From NCBI GenBank assembly GCA_938083015.1, contig CALKCX010000007.1:1-40032 (forward strand): DNA of 40,032 bases, read 5' to 3'. Shown piece after piece: positions 28,845-39,423 of the stretch. The first letter of the stretch is position 1. Each line of letters begins with the position of its first letter. The position numbers were made by a program, and so were the translations under genes. This DNA comes from an uncultured Candidatus Micrarchaeota archaeon. GTDB taxonomy: Archaea > Micrarchaeota > Micrarchaeia > Anstonellales > J096. Below the pieces are notes generated by a model. The model did not search any database and had not been told where the DNA came from. It saw only the letters and a program-made list of their open reading frames with translations.

Positions 28845-29106
28845 AGATTTTTGCATAGGTTTTTATATAGCAGGTTTAGTAGATATAAATATAGTAAACG
28901 ATAATCAAGAATTCAATCAGAAACTTAAAGAATTATTGATGGATGAAAACATGGGGTTATTAATAATAGATGATAAATTTGATATCGATAAAGAAGTACG
29001 TAAATTCTATATAAATAAATCAAAAGCAATAATAGTTTATTTAAATGAAATTGATCAAATTAAAAAAGAACTAAAAGATGCTCTTGGAATAGAGGTGTTG
29101 AGATGA
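28819..29106 (+). CDS. atpF: A-type ATP synthase subunit F
   Basis: KIGVLGDKDFCIGFYIAG...ALGIEV. Confidence 0.9.
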   Translation: MKIGVLGDKDFCIGFYIAGLVDINIVNDNQEFNQKLKELLMDENMGLLIIDDKFDIDKEVRKFYINKSKAIIVYLNEIDQIKKELKDALGIEVLR

Positions 29107-30806
29107 TGAAAGGTAGAATTGTTAAAATCTCCGGACCTGTAGTTGTAGCAGAGATGGATGCTTCTATGTATGAAATAGTAAGAGTAGGAGAAGAGAGATT
29201 AATAGGTGAGGTAATAGAAATTAGGGGAAATAAAGCTATAATACAAGTTTATGAAGATACAGTAGGTCTAAAAGTCGGAGAACCTGTTGAAAGGACATTT
29301 CAACCTCTCTCTGTAGAACTTGGTCCTGGATTACTTGGATCAATATTCGATGGACTAGAGAGACCATTAGATAGAATATATGAAAGTACGAAAAGCGTAT
29401 TTATAAGAAGAGGTATAGATGTATCTTCTCTAAATAGAGAGAAGAAATGGGTATTTGAAAAAACCCATTCTGGTAATAAAGTAAAAGTCGGCGATATATT
29501 AGGGTATGTGCAGGAAACTCCTTCAATAAAACATTATATATTGTCTCCGTATACAGGTGAAATAGATTTAAAAGATGGAGAATACAAAGTAGATGAACCT
29601 ATAGGTCATGTTAAAACATCAGAAGGAATTAAAGATTTGTATTTAATGCAGAGATGGCCAGTTAGAATACCTAGACCTGTAAAAGAGAAATACCCTACTG
29701 AAACTCCTCTTATAACAGGTATAAGAATAATCGATAGTCTTTTCCCCATAGCTAAAGGTGGAATTGTAGCAATACCTGGTCCTTTTGGATCTGGAAAAAC
29801 AGTTACGCAGCAAAGTTTAGCAAAATATTCTGATGCTGATATTGTCGTATATATAGGTTGTGGAGAAAGAGGAAATGAGATGACAGAAGTATTAGTAGAA
29901 TTTCCTCATCTTAAAGATCCAAAAACAGGAAATGCTCTTATGAATAGAACTGTATTAATTGCCAATACCTCAAATATGCCTGTAGCTGCAAGAGAAGCAA
30001 GTATATATGTAGGTGTTACTATAGCAGAATACTTTAGAGATATGGGGTATGATGTTGCATTAATGGCCGATTCTACAAGTAGATGGGCAGAAGCTTTACG
30101 TGAGATTTCTGGAAGATTAGAGGAAATGCCTGGTGAAGAAGGATATCCATCGTATTTATCTAAGAAAATAGCTGAATTCTATGAAAGAGCAGGTAGAGTA
30201 AAGACATTGGCAAATAAAGATGGAAGTATTACTATCATAGGTGCAGTATCCCCCCCAGGAGGAGATCTATCAGAACCAGTTTCTCAGAATACTCTTAGAG
30301 TAGTAAAAGGTTTCTTAGCTCTAGATGCATCTCTTGCCCAGAGAAGACATTTCCCATCGATAAACTGGCTTAGAAGTTATTCTTTATACAAAAACGTAGT
30401 TTATGAATACTATAAAAATAATATAGATCAAGAGTTTCCTAAGAATCTATCCTTGATATCTAGTATATTACAGAGAGAAGCTGAATTACAAGAGATTGTG
30501 CAATTAGTTGGTCCTGATGCTTTGCCTGAAAAAGAGCAATTTATACTATTAATAGGTAAGATGATAAGAGAAGATTTCTTACAACAAAATGCCTTTGATG
30601 AAATAGATGCCTATTCTAGTTTAGAAAAACAAGCATTGATGGTCAAAGTAATAGTTAATTATTATAACAAAGGTATTATGTTATTAGAACAAGGTAGAAG
30701 CTTATCAGAACTTAGATCTAATCAGATTACAGAAAGTATAGCTAGGATGAAATTCGCAAATATAGATGATATTAAAAAGATACTTAATATGATAGAGGTG
30801 TTTTAA
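29103..30806 (+). CDS. atpA: A-type ATP synthase subunit A
   Basis: [41 protein letters not shown]. Confidence 0.97.
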   Translation: MMKGRIVKISGPVVVAEMDASMYEIVRVGEERLIGEVIEIRGNKAIIQVYEDTVGLKVGEPVERTFQPLSVELGPGLLGSIFDGLERPLDRIYESTKSVFIRRGIDVSSLNREKKWVFEKTHSGNKVKVGDILGYVQETPSIKHYILSPYTGEIDLKDGEYKVDEPIGHVKTSEGIKDLYLMQRWPVRIPRPVKEKYPTETPLITGIRIIDSLFPIAKGGIVAIPGPFGSGKTVTQQSLAKYSDADIVVYIGCGERGNEMTEVLVEFPHLKDPKTGNALMNRTVLIANTSNMPVAAREASIYVGVTIAEYFRDMGYDVALMADSTSRWAEALREISGRLEEMPGEEGYPSYLSKKIAEFYERAGRVKTLANKDGSITIIGAVSPPGGDLSEPVSQNTLRVVKGFLALDASLAQRRHFPSINWLRSYSLYKNVVYEYYKNNIDQEFPKNLSLISSILQREAELQEIVQLVGPDALPEKEQFILLIGKMIREDFLQQNAFDEIDAYSSLEKQALMVKVIVNYYNKGIMLLEQGRSLSELRSNQITESIARMKFANIDDIKKILNMIEVF

Positions 30807-30807
30807 T

Positions 30808-32175
30808 ATGATAGAATATAGATCTACTCAAGATATTACCGGGCCTCTTATGTTTGTAAAAGTAGAACATCCAGTTAGATATGGAGAAATAGTCGAAATA
30901 ACTAAAGAAAATGGAGAAAAAGTGAAAGGACAAGTATTAGAGGCCAGAAGCAATATAGCTGTAATTCAAGTATTCGGAAGTACGATAAATTTGAATAGAA
31001 ATGCTACAATAGCTTTTACAGGCGAACCTATGCTATTTGGAGTTAGTGACGAAGTATTGGGAAAGACGTTTGATGGTTTTGGTAGACCTTTAGATGGAAG
31101 TATAATACGGGCAGAATTAAAATTAAATGTAAATGGAGAACCTATAAATCCATTCTCTAGAAGACCTCCAAATGATTTTATAGAAACAGGAATATCTACA
31201 ATAGATGTGATGAATACACTTGTAAGAGGACAGAAATTACCAATATTCTCAGGTGCAGGATTGCCTCATAATGATCTTGCTGCTCAAATAGCTAGACAGG
31301 CCAATGTTAAAGGAGAAAACTTTGCAGTAGTATTTGCTGCAGTAGGTATTACATATGATGAAGCATTTTTCTTTAGAAAAGATTTTGAAAGAACAGGTGC
31401 AATAGATAGAAGCGTATTGTTTTTAAACTTAGCAAATGATCCTGCTATAGAAAGATTGTTAACACCTAGATTAGCATTAACAGTTGCTGAATATCTTGCT
31501 TTTTACAAAGATATGCACGTATTGGTCATAATAACAGATATGACTAATTATGCTGAAGCTTTACGTGAGATATCTGGAGCAAGAAGAGAGATTCCAGGTA
31601 GAAGAGGATACCCTGGTTATATGTATACGGATTTTGCAACTATATATGAAAGAGCTGGAATAGTAGTAGGTAAAAAAGGTAGTGTTACTCAAATACCAAT
31701 ACTTACTATGCCTAGTGATGATAGAACACACCCTATTCCTGATTTGACAGGTTATATAACAGAAGGTCAGATAGTTATTAGTAGAGAATTAAATAGAAAA
31801 AATCTATACCCTGCTATAGATCCATTACCAAGTTTAAGTAGATTGATGAACAATGGTATAGGAAAGAATAAGACTAGAGAAGATCATAAGAATGTTAGTA
31901 ATCAATTATATGCTGCTTATGCAAATGGTAGAGATTTAAGGGCATTGGCATCTGTTGTAGGAGAAGATTCATTGACAGAAAATGATAGAAAATATTTAAA
32001 ATTTGCAGATTTATTTGAGAATAGGTTTATAGCACAGGGAAAGAATGAGAGAAGAGATATAGAGAAAAGTCTAGAGTTAGGATGGGAATTGTTATCTATA
32101 TTACCTGAATCTGAATTGAAAAAAGTTAAACCTGAAGAAATTGAGAGGTATTTAAGAAAATATGTCAAGGGATGA
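30808..32175 (+). CDS. atpB: A-type ATP synthase subunit B
   Basis: [38 protein letters not shown]. Confidence 0.97.
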   Translation: MIEYRSTQDITGPLMFVKVEHPVRYGEIVEITKENGEKVKGQVLEARSNIAVIQVFGSTINLNRNATIAFTGEPMLFGVSDEVLGKTFDGFGRPLDGSIIRAELKLNVNGEPINPFSRRPPNDFIETGISTIDVMNTLVRGQKLPIFSGAGLPHNDLAAQIARQANVKGENFAVVFAAVGITYDEAFFFRKDFERTGAIDRSVLFLNLANDPAIERLLTPRLALTVAEYLAFYKDMHVLVIITDMTNYAEALREISGARREIPGRRGYPGYMYTDFATIYERAGIVVGKKGSVTQIPILTMPSDDRTHPIPDLTGYITEGQIVISRELNRKNLYPAIDPLPSLSRLMNNGIGKNKTREDHKNVSNQLYAAYANGRDLRALASVVGEDSLTENDRKYLKFADLFENRFIAQGKNERRDIEKSLELGWELLSILPESELKKVKPEEIERYLRKYVKG

Positions 32176-32791
32176 AATACAATATACGAGAATGGAATTA
32201 TTAAGATTGAAAAACAGATTAAACTTAGCTAAGAAAGGATATTCTCTTCTTAAGAGAAAACTAGATGTTTTAATATCTCAATTATTTGAATTGATGAAAC
32301 GATTTAAAGAGAAATATGCACAAATAGATGAATTAGTAAGTTTGAATAGAAAATTATCAAGATTAGTATCAGAAGAATTCACCTATGCTGAGTTAGATGC
32401 AATAGCAAATTATAACCGATTAGAATATAGATTAGATATAAGATATAGGAATATCATGGGGGTAAAAATACCTAAGATGATCTATGAGAAGAAAGATAAA
32501 GAATTTTATTATCCATTTCTTAGATCTATATCTTTAGGAGAATTAAGTATAAAAAGTCGAAGATTATTAGACATAATAATAGATACGGCAGAGATAACAG
32601 CAGGTCTAAAGTATATTTTAAAAGAGATTAAAAAGACTAAGATAAGAGTAAATTCTTTACAATATGTTGTCATACCTAAAATAGAGAGAGATATTGAGCA
32701 GATAAGACAGAAACTTGAAGAAATGGAAAGAGAAAACTTTGTAAAGCTGAAAAGTGTGAAAAAAGATGAAGAACGAGAAAATCTATGTTAG
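32162..32791 (+). CDS. atpD: A-type ATP synthase subunit D
   Basis: TRMELLRLK...[10 protein letters not shown]; NIMGVKIP; [11 protein letters not shown]; LEEMERE. Confidence 0.93.
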   Translation: MSRDEIQYTRMELLRLKNRLNLAKKGYSLLKRKLDVLISQLFELMKRFKEKYAQIDELVSLNRKLSRLVSEEFTYAELDAIANYNRLEYRLDIRYRNIMGVKIPKMIYEKKDKEFYYPFLRSISLGELSIKSRRLLDIIIDTAEITAGLKYILKEIKKTKIRVNSLQYVVIPKIERDIEQIRQKLEEMERENFVKLKSVKKDEERENLC

Positions 32792-34070
32792 ACTTTTTCT
32801 ATTCGCCATAGTATTAGCTATAGTATTAATTATATTATTTAACATAGCTAAACCTGTTAGATATGTATTAGCAGTAATCTCATTTTTTATAGTATTTATA
32901 CTTAGCTTTGTATTCATATACAAACTTATCTCTGCCCAAGATACAGTTTTAAGAGATTCAAAGAAAAGTTACGATAAGTATATAAGTTTTGTAATACCTG
33001 TCTATAATGAAGGAGATGATCTAAGACTATGTTTAGATTCTATAGAAAACATAGAATATCCTAAAGATAAATATGAAATAATCGTAGTAGACGATGGATC
33101 GAATAATCCAATAACAGCTCAAATATTGGAAGAATATTCTAAAAAATATTCTAATATAAAGATTATTAGAAAAGATAATGGTGGAGCAGCATCAGCTAGG
33201 AATTTAGGTATAATTAACTCGAATGGTGAAATTATAATTACAATAGATTCTGATAGCATAATAGATAAAGATGCTCCTGCTAAACTTGTATCTTATTTTG
33301 ACGATCCCCAAGTAGCAGCAGTAACAGGTAGTGTAAGAGTATTAAATCCAGATAGACCATTGACTAAATGGCAATCAATAGAATACGATATAATACTCGT
33401 ATATAGACGTATACTAGAGGTATTCGATAGTATATATGTGACTCCTGGTGGATTAAGTGCTTTTAGAAAAGAAGCTATTATGAAAGTAGGGTTATTCGAT
33501 ACCAATAGTCTTACAGAAGATCAAGAAATAGCTTTAAAATTGCAAAAGGCCGGTTATAAAATAATGGCAACTTTAGATGCCTTTGCTTACACTCGTGTTC
33601 CAGATAGTTTAAATAAACTTGTAAAACAAAGAGTAAGATGGATAAGAGGTGGAATATGGAATAGGTTAAAGCATAGAGATTTACTTAATCCAAAATGGGG
33701 CAATTTATTTATATTTGGATACGTTACAGATTTGATATTTTTTATACCATTTATAACATTTTTCTTAACAATATTCTTATTTATAATAGACAATTATATA
33801 TGGTTCTTTCGTTTAGGTCCAGAGGTAATGTTTTTATCCATAGATCATTTTCTCATATCTACATTGGTATTTTGGATTATACTATTACCATGGCAGATAT
33901 TCATGATAAACGTACTTAGAGAAAAAGCTAATGAGCAAAAAGTTAAGATAAAGGAAATATTCGATTTCATAGGATTTATGATAATATTTGGATGGGCATG
34001 GTTTTTAGTATGGGCGTTTGTAATTTACAAAGAACTTACAGTACAAGGCAATAGGTGGGAAACTAGATGA
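32766..34070 (+). CDS. Processive membrane GT2 glycosyltransferase (cellulose/PNAG/hyaluronan synthase-like)
   Basis: IPVYNEG, VDDGS, DSD, TED, QRVRW; N- and C-terminal TM helices. Confidence 0.9.
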   Translation: MKNEKIYVRLFLFAIVLAIVLIILFNIAKPVRYVLAVISFFIVFILSFVFIYKLISAQDTVLRDSKKSYDKYISFVIPVYNEGDDLRLCLDSIENIEYPKDKYEIIVVDDGSNNPITAQILEEYSKKYSNIKIIRKDNGGAASARNLGIINSNGEIIITIDSDSIIDKDAPAKLVSYFDDPQVAAVTGSVRVLNPDRPLTKWQSIEYDIILVYRRILEVFDSIYVTPGGLSAFRKEAIMKVGLFDTNSLTEDQEIALKLQKAGYKIMATLDAFAYTRVPDSLNKLVKQRVRWIRGGIWNRLKHRDLLNPKWGNLFIFGYVTDLIFFIPFITFFLTIFLFIIDNYIWFFRLGPEVMFLSIDHFLISTLVFWIILLPWQIFMINVLREKANEQKVKIKEIFDFIGFMIIFGWAWFLVWAFVIYKELTVQGNRWETR

Positions 34071-34714
34071 GACCTATAGATACGTTAAGTTTTTACATGG
34101 CAACCGTAATAGTATTTCTCGTATTCATAGCTGGTCTTATGATAGGGTGGGTACACACAAAGATGTTAAACGATGATACTACTGAAAGATTAAACGACTT
34201 AAGTTCAAAATTAGGATTATTACAGGCCTTAGCAAACAACGAAGAATTCTGTTCATTGTTTAACTATCTCTTTCCTAAATTAGAAGAAAGTAGTTGGAAA
34301 TTAGGTCAAAGAATAGAATACTTAGAGAATCAAAATAGGGTAAATGATGCATTGAAGAATTTATATTTTGAATACCAATATAGAGATTATCTAATATTAA
34401 AAACAGGAGTGGAAAAATGCAATATATCCGCCGATTACATAATTTACTTCTATTACAATAACATATCTTCTCCATGTGAACAATGCTATTATCAAGGTTT
34501 TGAGCTGTCTGAAGTAAGATCAAGATTAAAGGCCAAAAATAAAGTAATTAGAATATATTCATTTGATGGTAAATTAGACGGACTAGGTAAATACTTGGCA
34601 AATATATATAATATAACAGAATACCCTACAATAATATATAAAAATAAAAAACTAATAGGTCTTATTAAGGCCGATGTAATGATAAACATAATAGAAAATG
34701 AGCTTCAAAACTAA
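34067..34714 (+). CDS. Membrane-anchored protein with C-terminal thioredoxin-like domain
   Basis: N-terminal TM, helical stalk, IIYFY...PCEQC, YNITEYPTII (cis-Pro-like). Confidence 0.7.
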   Translation: MRPIDTLSFYMATVIVFLVFIAGLMIGWVHTKMLNDDTTERLNDLSSKLGLLQALANNEEFCSLFNYLFPKLEESSWKLGQRIEYLENQNRVNDALKNLYFEYQYRDYLILKTGVEKCNISADYIIYFYYNNISSPCEQCYYQGFELSEVRSRLKAKNKVIRIYSFDGKLDGLGKYLANIYNITEYPTIIYKNKKLIGLIKADVMINIIENELQN

Positions 34715-35261
34715 GAAAGAAGCTACTTTGAATAAATTAAAATATTATTTGGAAAACGATGAAATAGATAGACCTATAATTGAACTTCTTAAAGATTTAA
34801 ACAGTATAGATAAACTGTTTACAACCTCAAGCTGTTCTGGTAGAATTTTAGTATTAATAGATAGAGGTAAAAAGATAGATAGCGAAAAATATCTTACATT
34901 TCACGATTATATATCTTTTTCTGATATAGAGAATATACCAAGAGCTAAGAATGTATGGCTTAGAGTAGAACCTTTTATATTACATATAATTGCCCAAGAT
35001 CAAGAGATGGCCGAGACTATAATAAAATTAGCTAGATCGGTAGGTATAAAAAGAGGAGGAATGTCTAAAGTCAGAGTAGGTTATATGATTGAGATAATTG
35101 GAAATGTGCATTTTGCCGCACCGACCAATAAATTGATAATCGATGAAGAATTAGTCGGAATATTAAATAATCTTATGAGAAGGAATTTTAGAATGCTTGA
35201 AAAATTTCATCTATCTGTTAAGGAATTGATAGATAAGATTGACCATACTGGCAACGATTGA
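34698..35261 (+). CDS. taw3: tRNA wyosine-derivative methyltransferase Taw3/TYW3
   Basis: ID..I..L, FTTSSCSGRI, EPFILHI, G.KRGG. Confidence 0.9.
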   Translation: MSFKTKKEATLNKLKYYLENDEIDRPIIELLKDLNSIDKLFTTSSCSGRILVLIDRGKKIDSEKYLTFHDYISFSDIENIPRAKNVWLRVEPFILHIIAQDQEMAETIIKLARSVGIKRGGMSKVRVGYMIEIIGNVHFAAPTNKLIIDEELVGILNNLMRRNFRMLEKFHLSVKELIDKIDHTGND

Positions 35262-35954
35262 ATTATATTGAAAAAATAGTAAACCACCATATCTATAGGC
35301 TTCAAAGTCTCTAAATATATCTCCTGTTATAGTGGCATTTACAATAGTTTGATAATTCATAGTTTTAGAATACTTAGGTTTTACCTCTATATCTATTTGA
35401 AATATGCTTTCAAAAGGATATATGAATTCTATTTGTTGCGTAAAATTGCTTTTAACATAAACTTCTCTAAAAAATCTATTATTATAGCTTTTTGCAGATA
35501 TTATATAGGTATTCGGAGTTTTACTATCTATTCTAACATTAAATCGTACTGGTTGCCTAAAGTTTCCTTGAATATCCTTATCGACGTATACTCTATACAT
35601 ATCTCTAGATACGTTTACATATAAAAATACAGTAATATTTGGCAAAGGATTAATTTCATATTCATCTATAAATGTTATTGGTATTATATATTCTCCTAAT
35701 GAATTATCAGAAGGCGTTATTAGTATTCTAATTGGATTTTGAAATCTAGACAATGGATTTGTTGCCCAACCTTCTGGTAAATCGATGATGTATACATCAT
35801 AACTATCTTTTCCTACTTTAGGATCAAATTCCAATACCAAAGGTATATTTGGATAAGTAGTCAAATATATAACAGCGCCGTCTTGAAGTTTTTGCTCATA
35901 AGGACTTATTAAAGATATACTATAACTTAGAATGATCAATATTAAGATATACAT
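35211..35954 (-). CDS. Hypothetical exported protein with Ig-like domains
   Basis: Short signal peptide, DLPEGW...GEYII Ig/NEW3-like pattern, hydrophobic C-terminus. Confidence 0.65.
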   Translation of the reverse strand: MYILILIILSYSISLISPYEQKLQDGAVIYLTTYPNIPLVLEFDPKVGKDSYDVYIIDLPEGWATNPLSRFQNPIRILITPSDNSLGEYIIPITFIDEYEINPLPNITVFLYVNVSRDMYRVYVDKDIQGNFRQPVRFNVRIDSKTPNTYIISAKSYNNRFFREVYVKSNFTQQIEFIYPFESIFQIDIEVKPKYSKTMNYQTIVNATITGDIFRDFEAYRYGGLLFFQYNSIVASMVNLIYQFLNR

Positions 35955-35969
35955 ATATTGTAATACTAA

Positions 35970-36017
35970 GAGAATTTTTTAAACTTTTAGTGTAAAAATT
36001 ATGAGAATTTTTTAAAC
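35970..36017. promoter_or_regulatory. Direct repeat GAGAATTTTTTAAAC x2 (33-bp period) in divergent promoter region
   Basis: Exact copies at 35970-35984 and 36003-36017; each contains a purine run plus TTTTAAA TATA-like element. Confidence 0.6.
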
Positions 36018-36038
36018 GTTTAACGTTATTCAAATTGT

Positions 36039-37187
36039 ATGAGAAGGAGAATCCGAGAGTACGATCTAAAAAAGATGTTTTACAATTACTTTGGAGAAAA
36101 ATACGAAGGATTGGCCATTTCAAATCTCGATGATTTGACTAATTTAGATAAAAACAAAAGATACGTGGTAAAAGTAGATGAAATGTTCAATAAAAGAAAT
36201 AAGATGGGCCTAGTAGGTTTGAATCTTTCTTATGATGAAGTAAAAGAGTTTATATATAAGAATTATGGTAAGAATGTAAATGGTGGAGTAATAAAACATT
36301 TTCTCGTGGAACCTTATATAGAGCATCAACAAGAATACTATTTGGCAATTATCTCTGAAAGAGAAGGTGATCGATTGTTATATTCCGATAAAGGGGGAGT
36401 AGATATAGAAGAAAGTTGGAATTTTGTTAAAGAAGAATGGATACCTTATGGACAAATTTCAAAAATACATCCAAATATACATAAATTTTTTATAGATCTA
36501 GAATTTACATATCTTGAAATCAATCCATATTGTATAGTAGATAATAAAATAATCCCATTAGGTATGTTAGGAGAATTAGACGATTATGCAAGCTTCAAGA
36601 ATAAATGGAAGATAGATTTTCCTGAACCATTTGAAAAAGGAGAAAGCGAAGAGGAAAAAATCATAGAACAGATGGATAAAAATTCTGGAGCTTCTTTTAA
36701 ACTAACTATACTAAATCCACAAGGTAGAATATGGTTGATGACAGCTGGTGGAGGTGCAAGTGTAGTATTTCTTGATAGTATATACCTTCATGGATATGGT
36801 AACGAAATTGCAAATTACGCAGAATATAGTGGTAATCCTACTACGAATGAAACTTATGAATACGCTAGAGTATTCTTTAAAGCTATGTTTAAAAGCAATT
36901 CTAAACCAAAAATATTAGTATTGGGCGGTGGTATTGCAAACTTTACAGATGTATCTAAAACATTTGACGGTATCATTAAAGCTATTAAAGAATATCAAAA
37001 ACAGTTTATAGAACATAATGTTTATGTTATAGTTAGAAGAGGTGGCCCTAATGCACAGATAGCTCTTGAGAAAATAAGAAAAGAATTGAATAATCTAAAT
37101 ATCGCTGTCGAAGTGTATAATGAAGATTATAATATTGATGAAATTGGGGCAAAAATAGGCAATTATTTAAACATATTTCAAAAATAA
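36039..37187 (+). CDS. aclB: ATP-citrate lyase beta subunit (ATP-grasp plus citrate-binding domain)
   Basis: KRNKMGLV, LEINP, AGGGASVV, NYAEYSGNP, GGGIANFTDV, RRGGPN. Confidence 0.88.
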   Translation: MRRRIREYDLKKMFYNYFGEKYEGLAISNLDDLTNLDKNKRYVVKVDEMFNKRNKMGLVGLNLSYDEVKEFIYKNYGKNVNGGVIKHFLVEPYIEHQQEYYLAIISEREGDRLLYSDKGGVDIEESWNFVKEEWIPYGQISKIHPNIHKFFIDLEFTYLEINPYCIVDNKIIPLGMLGELDDYASFKNKWKIDFPEPFEKGESEEEKIIEQMDKNSGASFKLTILNPQGRIWLMTAGGGASVVFLDSIYLHGYGNEIANYAEYSGNPTTNETYEYARVFFKAMFKSNSKPKILVLGGGIANFTDVSKTFDGIIKAIKEYQKQFIEHNVYVIVRRGGPNAQIALEKIRKELNNLNIAVEVYNEDYNIDEIGAKIGNYLNIFQK

Positions 37188-37192
37188 ATAAC

Positions 37193-38485
37193 ATGGTTCA
37201 AAAAGAGCCCGTGCATTTATTAGTTTTCGAAGGTAGGGGAGCTTGGGCAATGTATAGAGAAACTAGTAGTAAACAGATAAGAGTGGATTCTCCTTTACAA
37301 AATATATACGATGCTACTAGAATTGCTATAAAACTTGCTGAAAAAGGAAAAAGAGTTGTAATGATTCCAGTTATAGATAAATTAGTTCCAACAGCGATAT
37401 ATAATAAACCAAGAACATATACTGGAAGTAAAGAAGACTGGAGAGAAGATTTTAGTCTTATAGTAGAACCTAGACAAGATATAGGTGTATCTAGAAATTA
37501 CAGAGATCGTGTTAGTCATAGATATGAAATATACAATGGTCATAAGATGTATATACCTATACTTTTTCCTAATAATGAGAGGACATTGATAGGTAAACCT
37601 ATGAGTGTATTTGATGTAGAGGCCACAATAGAACTTATAACTAAACTACTTGAAAGATATTTAGGAAATAGAAATAATATTACGATAAATCCAATCGTAC
37701 TTCCAAATCAAGAATTTGATTCTGCAGTAATAGCTATGTTAGATCTAGCTATAAAGAGAGGTGCTGTTCATACTGGTATAGGCGAATTCAATAAAAGAAT
37801 GTTACATGGTAGCACTCCGGGTAAAACAGTATCATTGCCAATATTCTTTAGACTTACAGAAATAGGGTATCTTAACAGCGATTTAAGAGTAGAAGTTGAT
37901 AGAAATAATCAATTAAGCTTGATCGTACCAGGTATATATGAAGCGTCACATAGAGCCGAATCTTTATTAGAATTAATAGAACATAGTCAATTCTATTCAG
38001 CTAAATATCCTATTATAATATTAGGATATGTATACGAGATTTTAAAGTATTTAGGTCTTTCTATCAATATTAGAGAAGAATTAACGAAGCTTTATAATAC
38101 AATATTCGATAGAGAGAAAGATAGAATGCGTGAAGGTAGAGTGCAAAAATACGATATAGAACAATATATTAATGAATTGTTACATAGAACTGAGTTAAGA
38201 GAAAGTGTTTCGGCCTTTTATTTTATTGAAGGTGATTTAGGTGGAATAAATCCTGGGACTGGTGGTAAGGTTGGCAAAATATTTCAAATATTTTCTCAAG
38301 CTATGGGGGCAAGTTATTATAGAGTAATCTCTGTAGAGAGAGAGCTTCTAGAACCTAGAATAAAAGATCTGTCATTTGAAAGCTTTGAACATGCTGTTAA
38401 TAGTTTAGAGAATGAATCTGGAAGTTTATATATAGAAGAAGATGGAAAATATATTAGAAAGAAGATATCTGAAGTGGTAAAATGA
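37193..38485 (+). CDS. Hypothetical protein (430 aa, alpha/beta)
   Basis: Long ORF tightly packed between aclB and the M42 peptidase; no confident motif. Confidence 0.7.
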   Translation: MVQKEPVHLLVFEGRGAWAMYRETSSKQIRVDSPLQNIYDATRIAIKLAEKGKRVVMIPVIDKLVPTAIYNKPRTYTGSKEDWREDFSLIVEPRQDIGVSRNYRDRVSHRYEIYNGHKMYIPILFPNNERTLIGKPMSVFDVEATIELITKLLERYLGNRNNITINPIVLPNQEFDSAVIAMLDLAIKRGAVHTGIGEFNKRMLHGSTPGKTVSLPIFFRLTEIGYLNSDLRVEVDRNNQLSLIVPGIYEASHRAESLLELIEHSQFYSAKYPIIILGYVYEILKYLGLSINIREELTKLYNTIFDREKDRMREGRVQKYDIEQYINELLHRTELRESVSAFYFIEGDLGGINPGTGGKVGKIFQIFSQAMGASYYRVISVERELLEPRIKDLSFESFEHAVNSLENESGSLYIEEDGKYIRKKISEVVK

Positions 38486-39420
38486 ATTTAGAATATTTAA
38501 AATCTATAAATGAATTGCCTTTAGTAACAGGATTTGAACATCTGTTTTTAGATAAGCTTATAGATAAAATAAAAAGCTTTGATATAGAGGTTTCTAAATT
38601 AGATTTAAATATAATACATCTAAATTCGGATAGTAACATAGTATTTCTCGCACATTATGATGAAATCGGGTTTGTAGTAGATAATCGCTATGATAAATAT
38701 CTATATAGAACTTTGCCCATGGGGTTAATATCTTGGGAAAGGGGCTATGGGAAGGTCTTTCAAAGTATATTTGAAGATAGGATAATTTATGGAATAGGTT
38801 CAAGTCCAATGCCCCATACTAAACCTGATGATGAGAGACTTTTCATAGAATTGTTTGAAGATTTAGATTTACCACCATTATGGCCATTTGTATTTGAAAA
38901 TAGAATAATAAAAAGTACGAATAGACTATACTCTAGAGCTTTAGATAATAGAGCTAATGTTGTGTTATTATTAGAATTAGCTAAACAATATAATATCAAT
39001 TTCATACTTACTCATGGAGAAGAGCAGGGAACAACGAGATTAACAAAAACATTAGATTTTATTGAAAAAAGAATAGAAAATCCTATATACATAGTACTTG
39101 ATGTGATATTTTCTAAATCTGATCAACATGCTGGATATGGTATAGAAGAAAATAAATTAGGGTATATAGCTATTGAAGGTGGAGGTACTGGAAATATTGC
39201 TACAGATGATCATGTAAATTTAGTTAAAAACATTACAGACATGGAAGTTATTACGAAATCAAAATACGAGGTAACAGATGCTACTACACTATATAGAATG
39301 GGTAGAAAATCAATAGCTTTGGTATATGGTGTTAGATATTTACATAGTTCATTAGAATGTCTTAATTTAGATACATATAAGCTTGCTAAAACAAGGTTAT
39401 CTAAACTTTTTAAAAACTAG
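38482..39420 (+). CDS. M42 family metallopeptidase (TET-like aminopeptidase)
   Basis: AHYDEIG, ALDNR, EEQG, VLDV, RYLHS. Confidence 0.85.
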   Translation: MNLEYLKSINELPLVTGFEHLFLDKLIDKIKSFDIEVSKLDLNIIHLNSDSNIVFLAHYDEIGFVVDNRYDKYLYRTLPMGLISWERGYGKVFQSIFEDRIIYGIGSSPMPHTKPDDERLFIELFEDLDLPPLWPFVFENRIIKSTNRLYSRALDNRANVVLLLELAKQYNINFILTHGEEQGTTRLTKTLDFIEKRIENPIYIVLDVIFSKSDQHAGYGIEENKLGYIAIEGGGTGNIATDDHVNLVKNITDMEVITKSKYEVTDATTLYRMGRKSIALVYGVRYLHSSLECLNLDTYKLAKTRLSKLFKN

Positions 39421-39423
39421 CTT

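Noticed and set aside
29103-30806. Intein in atpA (known insertion sites) or in lonB
   Set aside because: The P-loop and GCGERGNEM regions are uninterrupted and lengths are normal; the LonB insert lacks Cys/Ser...His-Asn ends.
35970-36017. Mini CRISPR array
   Set aside because: Only two 15-nt repeats with an 18-nt spacer and no cas genes.
37193-38485. Degenerate class I aminoacyl-tRNA synthetase-like or AclA identity for the 430-aa ORF
   Set aside because: Only vague Rossmann-like resemblance; no HIGH/KMSKS or GHAGA motif.
3410-39005. Short antisense or alternate-frame ORFs in the track (e.g. 3410..3754, 10534..10824, 18442..18789, 31917..32168, 38787..39005)
   Set aside because: They lie inside well-supported genes and have the composition of shadow ORFs.
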